The notes below the pieces were generated by a model that was not told the DNA's origin, made no database searches, and worked only from the letters and a program-made list of their open reading frames with translations. From a virus: 64,000 nucleotides of DNA. The stretch spans positions 33,927-97,926 of the IMG/VR virus record IMGVR_UViG_3300035698_007208. One strand, given 5' to 3'. Below are positions 31,193 to 40,946 of this stretch, one piece after another (within the stretch, counting starts at the first letter, position 1; the number at the start of each line of letters is the position of its first letter). A program made the position numbers and the translations under genes.

Positions 31193-31911
31193 TGCAATTT
31201 TTAAGTTTTAGTGAATTTCCTGGCATTACTGGAAAGACTATCTATACTAAGCTATTTGACTACTACGGCATTAATGCGTCGTATACTCCAATGAAGACTG
31301 CATCAATAAAAGATAGTATAGACAGCCTGGATCTTTCGGTAATTGCAGGATTTAGTGTTAGCATGCCATTCAAAAAAGACATAATACCGTTATTAGATAT
31401 AGCAGACCAGTCAGTTGTTGATTATAATTCATGCAATACAGTGTTAGTACGCGATAGCAAACTATACGGTTATAATTGTGATTTGTCAGGTGTAATTAAT
31501 GCTTCGCAGCATGTATTGTCGTTATACGGTCTCGAATCGCGTATTATTATTTTAGGACAAGGAGCAATGGGTCAAATGTTTGAAACATATTTGAGGCGGA
31601 TTGGTTTCACAAATATAACATTTTACTCTAAGAATTTGAACTGGAATGAGCGCCACGCTGACGCTGAGATATTGATTAACTGTACTCCTTACGGTACACC
31701 AGATTCGCAAAGTCCAATAGCGTTTTTAAATAAATATATAGTAGCAGTAATTGACTTAGCAATCAAACCTGGCAATTTAGCTGCTCAATGCAAGTCAATA
31801 AATTATGTATCTGGATATGAGTTTTATAAACACCAATTTTTAGAACAATTTAAGGTTTACACTAATATAACAATAACCTCCGACATAATCAATAAGGTAA
31901 TAAATGAGTAG
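31192..31911 (+). CDS. Shikimate dehydrogenase-like (AroE family) oxidoreductase
   Basis: GFSVSMPFK, SCNTV, GYNCD, LGQGAMG, INCTP. Confidence 0.8.
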   Translation: MQFLSFSEFPGITGKTIYTKLFDYYGINASYTPMKTASIKDSIDSLDLSVIAGFSVSMPFKKDIIPLLDIADQSVVDYNSCNTVLVRDSKLYGYNCDLSGVINASQHVLSLYGLESRIIILGQGAMGQMFETYLRRIGFTNITFYSKNLNWNERHADAEILINCTPYGTPDSQSPIAFLNKYIVAVIDLAIKPGNLAAQCKSINYVSGYEFYKHQFLEQFKVYTNITITSDIINKVINE

Positions 31912-32884
31912 ATTTAAATTAGGAATAGGCCCAATGAGCGACATGATCATTCAATCCAGCTTTGACTATGCATCAACGGCGCAGAAAGACGTAATGCTTA
32001 TCGCAAGCAGAAACCAAATTGATTATAATAGTGGCTATGTTATGTCTACTTCTGAACTACAGCAAAAATTTGCAACATTTGATAAAACACACGTTATGGT
32101 GTGTAGGGATCATTGTGGTCCATATTTTCTAGACACTGAAAAGAATATTTCGTTACGTGAGGCAATTCTGTCAACAAAGAAAACTATAGAGCATGACATT
32201 GAAAATGGCTTTGATTTAATTCATATTGACACTAGCCGATGTGATAATCAATATGCGGTAGCTGAGGAACTGTTTAATTTTAGTATTAGACTTAACCCTA
32301 ATATAAAGTTTGAATTTGGAACTGAAGAAAATGTTGGTGTTGCAGCAGCGACACAAAAGTTTAAAGATGACATTGCCTTTGCGTCACAAGTACCAAATAT
32401 GGTATATGTAGTAGCACAAACCGGAAGCCTTACTATGGAAGATCGACAAATTGGTAGTTTTGATGTACCGTGGGTAAATAGGCTAGTACAAGAAGCAAAT
32501 GCATCAGGTGTTAAATTAAAAGAACATAATGCTGATTACTTAACTGTCGATCAGATAAAATTACGCAAGAATGCAGGTGTACATGCATGTAATATTGCAC
32601 CGCAGCTTGGTGTAATACAAACAAATATAATATTAAAATTAGCAAAACAATATAAAATAGATACTACTGCATTTAAGCAACTTGTGCTATCTAGCAACAA
32701 GTGGACTAAATGGCACCTTACTGGAAATGATGATGTTAAGATACGAATTGCAGGACATTATTGTTTTAATAGTAAGGAGTATCGTGAACTTGAAGACGCG
32801 ATATCGGTATACTGTGACGTGTATGCAGCAGTTAAGCAAGGAATTACTACATGCTTGGCCGCGTATTACGATAACCAGGAATAG
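31904..32884 (+). CDS. GatZ/KbaZ-like (tagatose-phosphate aldolase/epimerase family) TIM-barrel enzyme
   Basis: IASRNQID, CRDHCGP, IHIDTS, EFGTEE, KEHNADY, NIAPQLG. Confidence 0.75.
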   Translation: MSRFKLGIGPMSDMIIQSSFDYASTAQKDVMLIASRNQIDYNSGYVMSTSELQQKFATFDKTHVMVCRDHCGPYFLDTEKNISLREAILSTKKTIEHDIENGFDLIHIDTSRCDNQYAVAEELFNFSIRLNPNIKFEFGTEENVGVAAATQKFKDDIAFASQVPNMVYVVAQTGSLTMEDRQIGSFDVPWVNRLVQEANASGVKLKEHNADYLTVDQIKLRKNAGVHACNIAPQLGVIQTNIILKLAKQYKIDTTAFKQLVLSSNKWTKWHLTGNDDVKIRIAGHYCFNSKEYRELEDAISVYCDVYAAVKQGITTCLAAYYDNQE

Positions 32885-32887
32885 ACT

Positions 32888-33028
32888 ATGAAAGATTTAA
32901 ATAATGAAGATGAAGATAATGATATTAAGTTAGATGCTGATAAAAAAGAAAAGCAGCTTGAAGAAAAGAAAAAACTTGAAAAGAAAATTGCTGAGATGCG
33001 TAAGCGAGACCCATTCATTTATAAATAG
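32888..33028 (+). CDS. 46-aa charged protein (not in ORF track)
   Basis: MKDLNNEDEDNDIKLDADKKEKQLEEKKKLEKKIAEMRKRDPFIYK*; SD AGGA; sits directly before the carbamoyltransferase. Confidence 0.65.
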   Translation: MKDLNNEDEDNDIKLDADKKEKQLEEKKKLEKKIAEMRKRDPFIYK

Positions 33029-33036
33029 GCAAGGTA

Positions 33037-34614
33037 ATGATTAGAACAATTTTAGGTGTCAGTTTTGGCTTCCACGATGCTGCTGTCTCTGTGGTTAACT
33101 ATGACACTGGTGAAATACTATTCGCATCACAAGCAGAAAGATATAGTAAAATAAAGAATGATCCGTGGTTACATGACGATCTAATTGCCAAAGCATTAAC
33201 TTACGGTAATCCAATTGTTATTGCGGTTAACGAAAACCCCTACCTCAAAAAACTAAGTCAGCTACGGTCTGGGCAGTTTCGAGAGGCATTACTTGGACCC
33301 ATGCCAAGCAAATGGCTTAATTTTTATCCCGAACTTAACGGAGTGCCGATTCAATATTACGGACATCATGAAAGTCATGCTGCTGCCGGATTATACGCAA
33401 TGGGATTAAATACGTTTGTTAAGACTGCTGGTAGAATGCGCTTTGGTATAGGGAGCGTATACGGTCCTGCTCCAATAGCAATAATGGTAATTGATGCGAT
33501 CGGTGAATTAGACACTGCGTCTATATGGAGTACAGACCATAACTTTAAACTTATTAAAGAAAGCTCAATCAAGTACCCAAACAGTTTGGGATTGTTTTAC
33601 ACTGCAATGACTCAGTATTTGGGGCTTAAGCCAATGGAAGACGAGTATATACTAATGGGCATGGCTGCTTATGGCAATAAAGAACGAGCATTTGCGCTGG
33701 CACAGCATTTAGGTAAAACATACTTTGTAGACGACAACAACAATCCTATGAAGGCTCGTGTAAATTTACATCGAGGATTACCTTATGACAGTGTGTTAGA
33801 AGAAGCAGATCAATTTGACATTGCACTAGCTACTCAAATTGAATTTGAAAGTCGCATGATGCGCTATGCTAAAGAAGCAAGCAACGTAAGCAATAACTTA
33901 ATTTATATGGGTGGGTGTGCATTGAATTGTGTTGCTAATACGCGACTGTCTGAACTATTTGATTCTGTGCAAATTATGCCTAATCCAGGAGATGCTGGTA
34001 GCTCATTGGGAGCCGCTGCATTGTCATACTTTAAACGAACTAATAAATTTTTGTCTGGATGGTCTCCTTATTTGGGACATGGCATTGTTGGAAAATATCC
34101 TGTTGATAAAGTGATCACTGCACTGTGTGAAAGTGGCATATGCGGAGTAGCAAATGGCAAGGCAGAATTTGGTCCTCGTGCATTAGGCAACCGCAGTTTG
34201 CTTGCTGACCCTAGAGATCCAACTATTAAAGATAGAGTAAATAAGATTAAGAAGCGGCAAGAATTTAGACCATTTGCTCCTATGATATTAGACAGTCACT
34301 TATCCCATGAGTTTGAAGTACCTTTGACTGCTAACCCAAACGAATTTTTATATATGCAACAAGCAGTAAAATGCAGAAACCCAGAGAAGTATCCGGCCAT
34401 AGTCCACGCAGACGGAACAAGTCGTGTACAAGTGGTTACCAAAGAGGCCCATCCTGAACTACATAAATTACTTTCAGAATGGAATAGAATAACTGGGTGT
34501 CCTATGTTGCTTAATACTAGCTTAAACATTAAAGGACAACCAATAGTAAATGATGAACAAGATGCTTATGATTTTGCAGAAAAGTACCAAGTTTCAGTGG
34601 TTACGTGTAAATAA
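33037..34614 (+). CDS. O-carbamoyltransferase (NodU/CmcH/TobZ family)
   Basis: HDAA, ERYS..K, HHESHAA, DAIGE, MGMAAYG, GGCALN, GDAGSS.G, EFGPRALGNRS, RPFAP, HADGTSRVQ, LNTSLN. Confidence 0.92.
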   Translation: MIRTILGVSFGFHDAAVSVVNYDTGEILFASQAERYSKIKNDPWLHDDLIAKALTYGNPIVIAVNENPYLKKLSQLRSGQFREALLGPMPSKWLNFYPELNGVPIQYYGHHESHAAAGLYAMGLNTFVKTAGRMRFGIGSVYGPAPIAIMVIDAIGELDTASIWSTDHNFKLIKESSIKYPNSLGLFYTAMTQYLGLKPMEDEYILMGMAAYGNKERAFALAQHLGKTYFVDDNNNPMKARVNLHRGLPYDSVLEEADQFDIALATQIEFESRMMRYAKEASNVSNNLIYMGGCALNCVANTRLSELFDSVQIMPNPGDAGSSLGAAALSYFKRTNKFLSGWSPYLGHGIVGKYPVDKVITALCESGICGVANGKAEFGPRALGNRSLLADPRDPTIKDRVNKIKKRQEFRPFAPMILDSHLSHEFEVPLTANPNEFLYMQQAVKCRNPEKYPAIVHADGTSRVQVVTKEAHPELHKLLSEWNRITGCPMLLNTSLNIKGQPIVNDEQDAYDFAEKYQVSVVTCK

Positions 34615-37600
34615 TGTTTGATATATATTACGTGGGAACCAATAACGCAATGCAAGATGCTATGCCATCAGCAATTTGCATTTCTAATAAAACAGAAATT
34701 AAGGCTAATACAAAAATGTATTGGTTTATTGATGCTGATATAGAAATACTTGATTATTCAGTATTTGACTACACGCCACCAAATTACGACAAGAATTATG
34801 AGCATGTTTGGAAACAAAACAGCCAAACATATGGAGGTGTTCGACTTTTCCCTAAGACTAAAGTTATCGGTGTAAAGGAAGTTAATAAGGTAGTATGTAA
34901 GCAAACATTTGGTATACTTTATGAGCAAAACCCAGGCAATTATTTTCAAAATAATTTACATGCATCTCATGTATGGTGTGTTGATCCAGACTATAAGATA
35001 AACGACAATATCAATTGGGCCCCAAGCGAGTTTGAGCCTAATTATATACACAGTTTCCACTTGCGTAGTCAGCTCGAATACAAGTATCCGGACGATGAAG
35101 GAGGCATAAAGCTTTTTCCACGATCATGGAAAACATCCTCTACTAAATTTCATGGGTTTATCGACGCAAGTGTACATTATCCTATCGTGTTCTCTCGGAA
35201 TGTTACTGATTATGCCCAATGCGAATGGGGCCAACATGATTACGTGTGGTTAATTGATGCAGATTACAAAATTGATAATAAGACTGTTGACTGGGCTCCT
35301 AATCCATTTGAGGACCAAATGATTCATTCATTTAAAATGCCACACCAATTACAAGAAAAATATCCTCAAGCGATGGGTGGAATCAGATTAGTGCCACGTA
35401 GATGGGACATAGCAGAAACAAAAATACACATATCGTGTCCAATAGACGACGAAAATTATGATGTATTTTATGTAGATGACGATGAGTTTACAGCAGAAGC
35501 ATATACTGGCTATGCAAGTCGAAGTAAAACAGAATGGTTTTGGATTGTAGATCGTGACTTTCAATTTAACGGTAAGCTACTATATGTTCCTTCCTTTCAT
35601 GAAAGAGAGTACATACATGTATTTAAGGTTCCCGGCCACTTAGACGCTCGCTATCCTGCAACCATTACTGACGCGTGGGATAACAGGTGTGGTGGTATTC
35701 GGTTAATGCATAAGAACTTTGATATGACCAAACATAAGTATCAAGAACATGTAATTCCAGTTAAATATGATATTTTTTATACTAGCGACCCGACTGCTAA
35801 TTTAAGCAAGTGCGCTAAGAAAAGTAGATCAAAAATGTGTTGGGTGATTGACGACAAATACGCCATTAACAATGTTCTTAATTATGTGCCTACTCGCGAC
35901 GAGCAGCATTACTTGCTTAATTTTAAAATAATAGATCAATTGCAACACATATATCCTGAACAAGAAGGAGGTGTATGGCTTGTACCAAAAAATTATAATG
36001 AAAACACATCTATAAAATATAAAGACAAATTAAATATCAGCAGTAAACAGTATCCAATCTTATTTGTAGACGACGTAGATGATTACTCTGATGTAACTGA
36101 AGAATGTTGGTTAATAGATAAAGAATATCAAATTAACGATGCTATTGATTGGGTACCTAGTAATTTTGAAAGAGATTTTATTCATTCATTTCATATCCCA
36201 AATCAATTAATACACAAGTATCCATTTAAAATGGGCGGAGTTCGTTGGGTACCTAAAAACTGGGAATCTGCAGAAATAAAAATACATGATGATTCCCTGT
36301 TCTCATCACCAGTGTTTGAGGTTTACAATAATGAAGCTATTGGACGGCTTGCTACTACAAAAGATTGGTTTTGGGTAGTAAGTGATAGTGTTACATGCTT
36401 AGAGACATTTAATTTTAACTTTGTACCAAACGTATGGGATGATGGCAAAACGCACATATGGCAAAAGTTGAATCCAATTACGAATCGCCAATATGATTAT
36501 TCAGGTGTAAGTTTATGCCCTAAAGTGCAATCAAACACGGGCCGACCAAAATATATGCGACAGCCTGCTTGTACACAAAATGAATACCCAATATATTACC
36601 TAGTACCATCTGATTACGATAACCCGTTACAGCAAGCCTACGAGCGTCTGAGCAACAGAACAGAGGAAGACATGTACTGGGTAGTAGACGTGCTTACGCA
36701 AATCAGTCCAGAATTTGATTTTGGCTATTACCCTACTAATTGGGACATTAATAACATTCATATTTTTAGTGACGATATGGGAGAAAGAAAAGGTGTTAGG
36801 CTTGTACCTAAATCTTTATTCTTAAAACACAAATATACTGATGTAGAGATTTTAAATAATAGTTTTAATAAGTTAAAATATATCAACAATGTTGCGAGCA
36901 CTAAACCAGTATGGCCAGTGATTAACTTGGCACGAGTAGAAAAGGATGATTTTGTAAACACAATGAAGGCCGCAGTAACACCCTTTGTTTGGACCATTGA
37001 TTCTGATATTAAAGTTAATCAGGCCATACTGGAAAAAGGCTATATACCAGAAATTGCAGACTTAAAAAAAGTACATTGTTGGCAAAAACTTAACCCAAAT
37101 ACAGGTAAAGTTCATTCTTATGGTGGATTAAGATTATGGCCAACATCGGAAGATTACAGTAGTATTACAGCCTCATCAATTGAGCTAAATAAATTAAAAA
37201 ATTTAAAGTATATCAAGGACAACGGCAGCTCAATAAAGCCACTAGATATACTTTTTATTGCATACAATGACACAGCAGCTTACCGCAAGCATGCAGCATT
37301 AAGAGAACGTTTTGGCAATGTACGAATGGTTAATGGTGTAGATGGTATATTTGAGGCACACCAGGTTGCAGCTCGTATGGCAAATTCAGACATGTTTTGG
37401 GTAATAGACGGCGATGCTATTATTGAAGATGATTTTAATTTTAATTACTTGCCTGACGTGTATGATAAAGACGTAGTGCATGTATGGTCAAGTAAGAACC
37501 CAGTTAATAATTTAGTATACGGTTACGGGGGAATTAAACTATTACCAACACACATGGTCAGGGATGCAACAAGTTGGGGATTAGATTTTACAACTGGACT

Positions 37601-37907
37601 CAGTAATCGGATTAAAGTAATGCCCGAAATAAGTTGCACTACTGCATTTAATACTACAGCGTTTGATACTTGGAGATCAGCATTTAGGGAAAGTGTTAAA
37701 TTGTCAATATCGCAAGACCCAGATGCACCATCACGTCTAGCTGCTTGGCTAACCCCAATCTTAGATGCTGATTTTTCTTCCTTTGCAAAATTGGGTGCAG
37801 AACATGGAAAAGCGTTCGGAATTCAACACATAAATAATACAGAACAGTTAAATAATATTAATAACTACAGTTGGCTAGAGAAAAGGTTCGCAGAATGTCA
37901 AATATAA
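34614..37907 (+). CDS. 1097-aa tandem-repeat protein of GT-A-like units ending in a domain homologous to 18139
   Basis: Recurrent W.[IV]D.D...P...H.[FW]...GG[VI]RL.P units; C-terminal FEAH, VIDGD, NNLVYGYGGIK, WRSAFRE. Confidence 0.7.
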   Translation: MFDIYYVGTNNAMQDAMPSAICISNKTEIKANTKMYWFIDADIEILDYSVFDYTPPNYDKNYEHVWKQNSQTYGGVRLFPKTKVIGVKEVNKVVCKQTFGILYEQNPGNYFQNNLHASHVWCVDPDYKINDNINWAPSEFEPNYIHSFHLRSQLEYKYPDDEGGIKLFPRSWKTSSTKFHGFIDASVHYPIVFSRNVTDYAQCEWGQHDYVWLIDADYKIDNKTVDWAPNPFEDQMIHSFKMPHQLQEKYPQAMGGIRLVPRRWDIAETKIHISCPIDDENYDVFYVDDDEFTAEAYTGYASRSKTEWFWIVDRDFQFNGKLLYVPSFHEREYIHVFKVPGHLDARYPATITDAWDNRCGGIRLMHKNFDMTKHKYQEHVIPVKYDIFYTSDPTANLSKCAKKSRSKMCWVIDDKYAINNVLNYVPTRDEQHYLLNFKIIDQLQHIYPEQEGGVWLVPKNYNENTSIKYKDKLNISSKQYPILFVDDVDDYSDVTEECWLIDKEYQINDAIDWVPSNFERDFIHSFHIPNQLIHKYPFKMGGVRWVPKNWESAEIKIHDDSLFSSPVFEVYNNEAIGRLATTKDWFWVVSDSVTCLETFNFNFVPNVWDDGKTHIWQKLNPITNRQYDYSGVSLCPKVQSNTGRPKYMRQPACTQNEYPIYYLVPSDYDNPLQQAYERLSNRTEEDMYWVVDVLTQISPEFDFGYYPTNWDINNIHIFSDDMGERKGVRLVPKSLFLKHKYTDVEILNNSFNKLKYINNVASTKPVWPVINLARVEKDDFVNTMKAAVTPFVWTIDSDIKVNQAILEKGYIPEIADLKKVHCWQKLNPNTGKVHSYGGLRLWPTSEDYSSITASSIELNKLKNLKYIKDNGSSIKPLDILFIAYNDTAAYRKHAALRERFGNVRMVNGVDGIFEAHQVAARMANSDMFWVIDGDAIIEDDFNFNYLPDVYDKDVVHVWSSKNPVNNLVYGYGGIKLLPTHMVRDATSWGLDFTTGLSNRIKVMPEISCTTAFNTTAFDTWRSAFRESVKLSISQDPDAPSRLAAWLTPILDADFSSFAKLGAEHGKAFGIQHINNTEQLNNINNYSWLEKRFAECQI

Positions 37908-38068
37908 CATTAACAGATCAGCAAGTAAAATTATTACTTAGTTTTGCACCAAAAGAGTTAGCAAAAGATCTTCCTCAAGGATTAGATCCTTCGTTTTATT
38001 TTACACACCGGTACGAAAGTGATCTTAAAATATGCAAAGATCTTGCTATAATAAGAAAGTTAATTTAA
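37895..38068 (+). CDS. Small hypothetical protein
   Basis: ATG 37895 with upstream AAGG. Confidence 0.5.
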   Translation: MSNITLTDQQVKLLLSFAPKELAKDLPQGLDPSFYFTHRYESDLKICKDLAIIRKLI

Positions 38069-38087
38069 TGATTACCCTTCAAAGAAG

Positions 38088-38798
38088 ATGTTTGGTGTGT
38101 ATGGAATGGATAATAGCATAATGCAAGGACCAACTCTTCTTAATTTAAACGACTGGGATTTAGTTAGCAAATACAACGACAATGGTACGTTAACATACTC
38201 TCCTAGTTTCTTAGAAAGAGCAGTACAGGGAAATTATCCTAAGGATGCGTTTTCCAAAGGACAAATAGCTAGTAAAAAATGGCTAATAGAAGAATTACAA
38301 AATTTAGATAATCACAGTTTCGAGAATATTGCCATTTTGGGCTGTTGGATCGGGGCATCAGTTGATTCCTTAGTTGAGGTACTAGACACACAGAGAATAT
38401 ACGGATTTGATTCCGACCCTGTTGCTATAGCCTTTGCAGAAAAACTGAATCAACACCATGTTCAAAACTCTTGGAAGTTTAAGGGAGTAGTTGAAGATGT
38501 AAATATGCTAGATACCAGTACCATGCAAATCCAAATAGGAGGTGAGCTCATAGAGGTGCAGCCCGATATGGTAATTAATACTAGTTGCGAGCACATGGGG
38601 GACGATTGGTTCCACAGTGCAGCACCTACACAGTTAATAGTTATGCAAACTAATAACTTTAAGGAATGGCACGAACACATTAATTGTGTATCAAGTGTTA
38701 AAGAAATGCAGGAGCAATACCCACTAAGTAATACACTTTATGCTGGTGAGCTCATTACCCCATCTTATAACCGCTACATGCAAATTGGAACAAAATGA
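38088..38798 (+). CDS. Class I SAM-dependent methyltransferase-like protein
   Basis: AILGCWIG motif I, FDSDP motif II, INTSCEH, MQTNN. Confidence 0.7.
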   Translation: MFGVYGMDNSIMQGPTLLNLNDWDLVSKYNDNGTLTYSPSFLERAVQGNYPKDAFSKGQIASKKWLIEELQNLDNHSFENIAILGCWIGASVDSLVEVLDTQRIYGFDSDPVAIAFAEKLNQHHVQNSWKFKGVVEDVNMLDTSTMQIQIGGELIEVQPDMVINTSCEHMGDDWFHSAAPTQLIVMQTNNFKEWHEHINCVSSVKEMQEQYPLSNTLYAGELITPSYNRYMQIGTK

Positions 38799-39319
38799 CT
38801 ACAGTGATTAATTTATATGGTGGCCCTTCAAGTGGCAAAAGCACACAGGGCGCTGGTTTGTTTTATAAAATGAAAGCAGCAGGATACAGTGTGGAGTTAG
38901 TAAATGAATTTGCTAAAGATGTCGTGTGGGAAGGCAATACCCCAATGCTTCGGGATCAATTATTTATGTTGGCTCACCAAAACCGTAAGCTAGTTAGACT
39001 AGCAGACAAAGTAGATTATATAATAACAGACAGCCCTGTCTTGCTCAGCATCGTGTATCGCCATGTGTATGAAGGGCCTATGTACAGTGACTTAATAGAC
39101 AAGCTAGCATTAGAGTGTTATGGAATGTACAGCAACATTAATGTTATGTTAGAGCGAGGGAATAGCTTTGTTAATGAAGGACGAGCTCAAGATTATGAAC
39201 AGTCGCTAGCAATAGATAATGAAATTATAAAAGTGTTTGAAGAGAACGATGTTGTATATCGTTCTCTCCCAGTTGACGACCAATGTGTGGATAAAATATT
39301 ATTTAATTTGGGAAGGTAA
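38795..39319 (+). CDS. P-loop nucleotide kinase-like protein (NadR/AAA_28 type)
   Basis: GGPSSGKST Walker A, EFAK, ITDSP, GRAQ. Confidence 0.8.
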   Translation: MTTVINLYGGPSSGKSTQGAGLFYKMKAAGYSVELVNEFAKDVVWEGNTPMLRDQLFMLAHQNRKLVRLADKVDYIITDSPVLLSIVYRHVYEGPMYSDLIDKLALECYGMYSNINVMLERGNSFVNEGRAQDYEQSLAIDNEIIKVFEENDVVYRSLPVDDQCVDKILFNLGR

Positions 39320-39544
39320 GTCGTCTTTCCCTTTTGCTTCTATTCTAGCTCGCATTGCAGGAGCGCAATGGTGTTCGTACCAAACGTCACGAACCCTGGC
39401 GGCAGCATCAAAAGCTTTTACACTATCTAAAATAAATCTAGCTAAAATAAAATCCGGAGTATCAGATTGATTTTCTCTATTGTACTTGTTTAACAGTTTT
39501 GTTAGGTCTTGTTTAAAGTGACTTTCTTCTATTATTCTACTCAT
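39299..39544 (-). CDS. Hypothetical protein
   Basis: EN.SDTPDFILA motif; converges with and overlaps the + strand block. Confidence 0.65.
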   Translation of the reverse strand: MSRIIEESHFKQDLTKLLNKYNRENQSDTPDFILARFILDSVKAFDAAARVRDVWYEHHCAPAMRARIEAKGKDDLPSQIK

Positions 39545-39561
39545 AGTTACCCCATATTGTT

Positions 39562-39807
39562 TTAGTTTTCGAATTGTCCGGTATAATTTATAGCACTTAA
39601 TTTTATTTGGGCAAATTCTACCATGTCTATCAGTGCTGCATGTCCTCCATTTTCTCTATTTTTCATGTACCTAATACCGCCGTCATTATGAACTATAACT
39701 TGACTAGCGGCGCGCATTGCACCAAAGTAGGCTATTGCTTCAAGTCTATACACTGGTTCTATTTTATAGACCATCCCTGCACGTATAAAATAAACTGTAG
39801 ATCTCAT
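39562..39807 (-). CDS. Hypothetical protein (shares C-terminal IDMVEFAxIKLSA motif)
   Basis: ATGA-coupled; motif shared with 39804. Confidence 0.6.
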   Translation of the reverse strand: MRSTVYFIRAGMVYKIEPVYRLEAIAYFGAMRAASQVIVHNDGGIRYMKNRENGGHAALIDMVEFAQIKLSAINYTGQFEN

Positions 39808-40061
39808 AATGATTTCGCACTTAATTTTATTTCGGCAAATTCTACCATATCTATTGATTTGTTATCAGTTTTTGAATCAGGAACCCTAATGTAAGACACA
39901 GTGCCTAGCTCAACCATCCATATGGTTTCTGCATTCTGTACGGCATTTATATATTTTCTTTTTATCTTATTTCGTTCGGTTTTTACATTATCGGCATCGC
40001 CGATACTAACAGTTTTTACAGAACCATCATTCATTTTGAAATAGTAGTGGGTAGTACTCAT
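39804..40061 (-). CDS. Hypothetical protein (shares C-terminal IDMVEFAxIKLSA motif)
   Basis: ATGA-coupled; motif shared with 39562. Confidence 0.6.
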   Translation of the reverse strand: MSTTHYYFKMNDGSVKTVSIGDADNVKTERNKIKRKYINAVQNAETIWMVELGTVSYIRVPDSKTDNKSIDMVEFAEIKLSAKSL

Positions 40062-40363
40062 TTTGCTGACTGAAAACTAGGAATGTTTAAGTCTAATTTT
40101 GTCATGCACGTAACAATAACATTGCTTTTAACGACAAAGTTAATTTCACAGTGCTTTCCTTTATATAAGTAGATTTTGTCGTTGATGGGAGACATTCCCC
40201 GTTTGTTGCAAAACCAAGCAGATGCATGCCAATCTATTCTTTCAATGCATCTTTCTGCGATTAAGTTAGGCAAAAACATATCTAAGTTATTAAGTTGGTG
40301 ATCATAAAAGAACAACTTATAACGTTCCATAAACCTTGCTTTAACGTGCTTGGTTGTTTTCAT
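40058..40363 (-). CDS. Hypothetical protein
   Basis: Start placed at ATG 40363 (MKTTKHVKARF), just after the upstream stop; TxH...RF.ER and VIVT motifs suggest a RelE-like fold. Confidence 0.55.
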   Translation of the reverse strand: MKTTKHVKARFMERYKLFFYDHQLNNLDMFLPNLIAERCIERIDWHASAWFCNKRGMSPINDKIYLYKGKHCEINFVVKSNVIVTCMTKLDLNIPSFQSAK

Positions 40364-40364
40364 A

Positions 40365-40520
40365 CTAATAGTCCGTATCGAGCCATAGTTCTTGACCGTC
40401 ATCATCTAATCCACAATAAACCTCACTACTGTACATTGCATTTAGTGCAGAGCTTGCACCAAACAAACAAAAAATGCACAAAGAAGTATAAATCATTTCT
40501 TCTGGTGTTAGCTCAAACAT
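40365..40520 (-). CDS. 51-aa hypothetical membrane protein (not in ORF track)
   Basis: SD AAGGA; MFELTPEEMIYTSLCIFCLFGASSAL...; first gene after a sigma70 promoter. Confidence 0.55.
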   Translation of the reverse strand: MFELTPEEMIYTSLCIFCLFGASSALNAMYSSEVYCGLDDDGQELWLDTDY

Positions 40521-40547
40521 AATACTGTCCTTTTAGTGTAAGTACAC

Positions 40548-40577
40548 ATTATACTGTATTCTTAAGGTATAAGTCAA
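40548..40577 (-). promoter_or_regulatory. Sigma70-type promoter
   Basis: TTGACT-18-TATAAT. Confidence 0.7.
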
Positions 40578-40613
40578 CTATAAAATTCATTTATTACCGC
40601 AATAAATGACTAA

Positions 40614-40946
40614 CTAACAATATTTAGAAAATATACTATCGGTTCCTGTTTTTATAGTCTTGTGTACTTGATCTAAATCTAATGTTATTTCAATTAGTTT
40701 AACGTGACCTTTAGTATTATACTCGCTTAAAAACTCTTCTAGCGCCTCAAATGTAAAGTTTTCCTTTATACGGTCAGTCCTGAATTCAACAATTCTTCCA
40801 GTGCTAAAAGTTACGTCTATTTTTTCAATAAATTCCTTAGGAATCTCGGTAGGGTTAACGTCACCAAGTAAACTTTTACTAATATCATTGTTTACTTTTT
40901 TAGTCGACCTACCAAGAAGTACAATCCTAGCGAAGTTTTTTTCCAT
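40614..40946 (-). CDS. Hypothetical protein
   Basis: Start placed at ATG 40946 (MEKNF), just after the upstream stop; IPKEFI motif. Confidence 0.6.
   Translation of the reverse strand: MEKNFARIVLLGRSTKKVNNDISKSLLGDVNPTEIPKEFIEKIDVTFSTGRIVEFRTDRIKENFTFEALEEFLSEYNTKGHVKLIEITLDLDQVHKTIKTGTDSIFSKYC

Noticed and set aside
31192-31911. Calling the gene aroE as an aromatic amino acid auxiliary metabolic gene
   Set aside because: The family is clear, but the context is sugar biosynthesis and no other aro genes are in the window, so the symbol was withheld.
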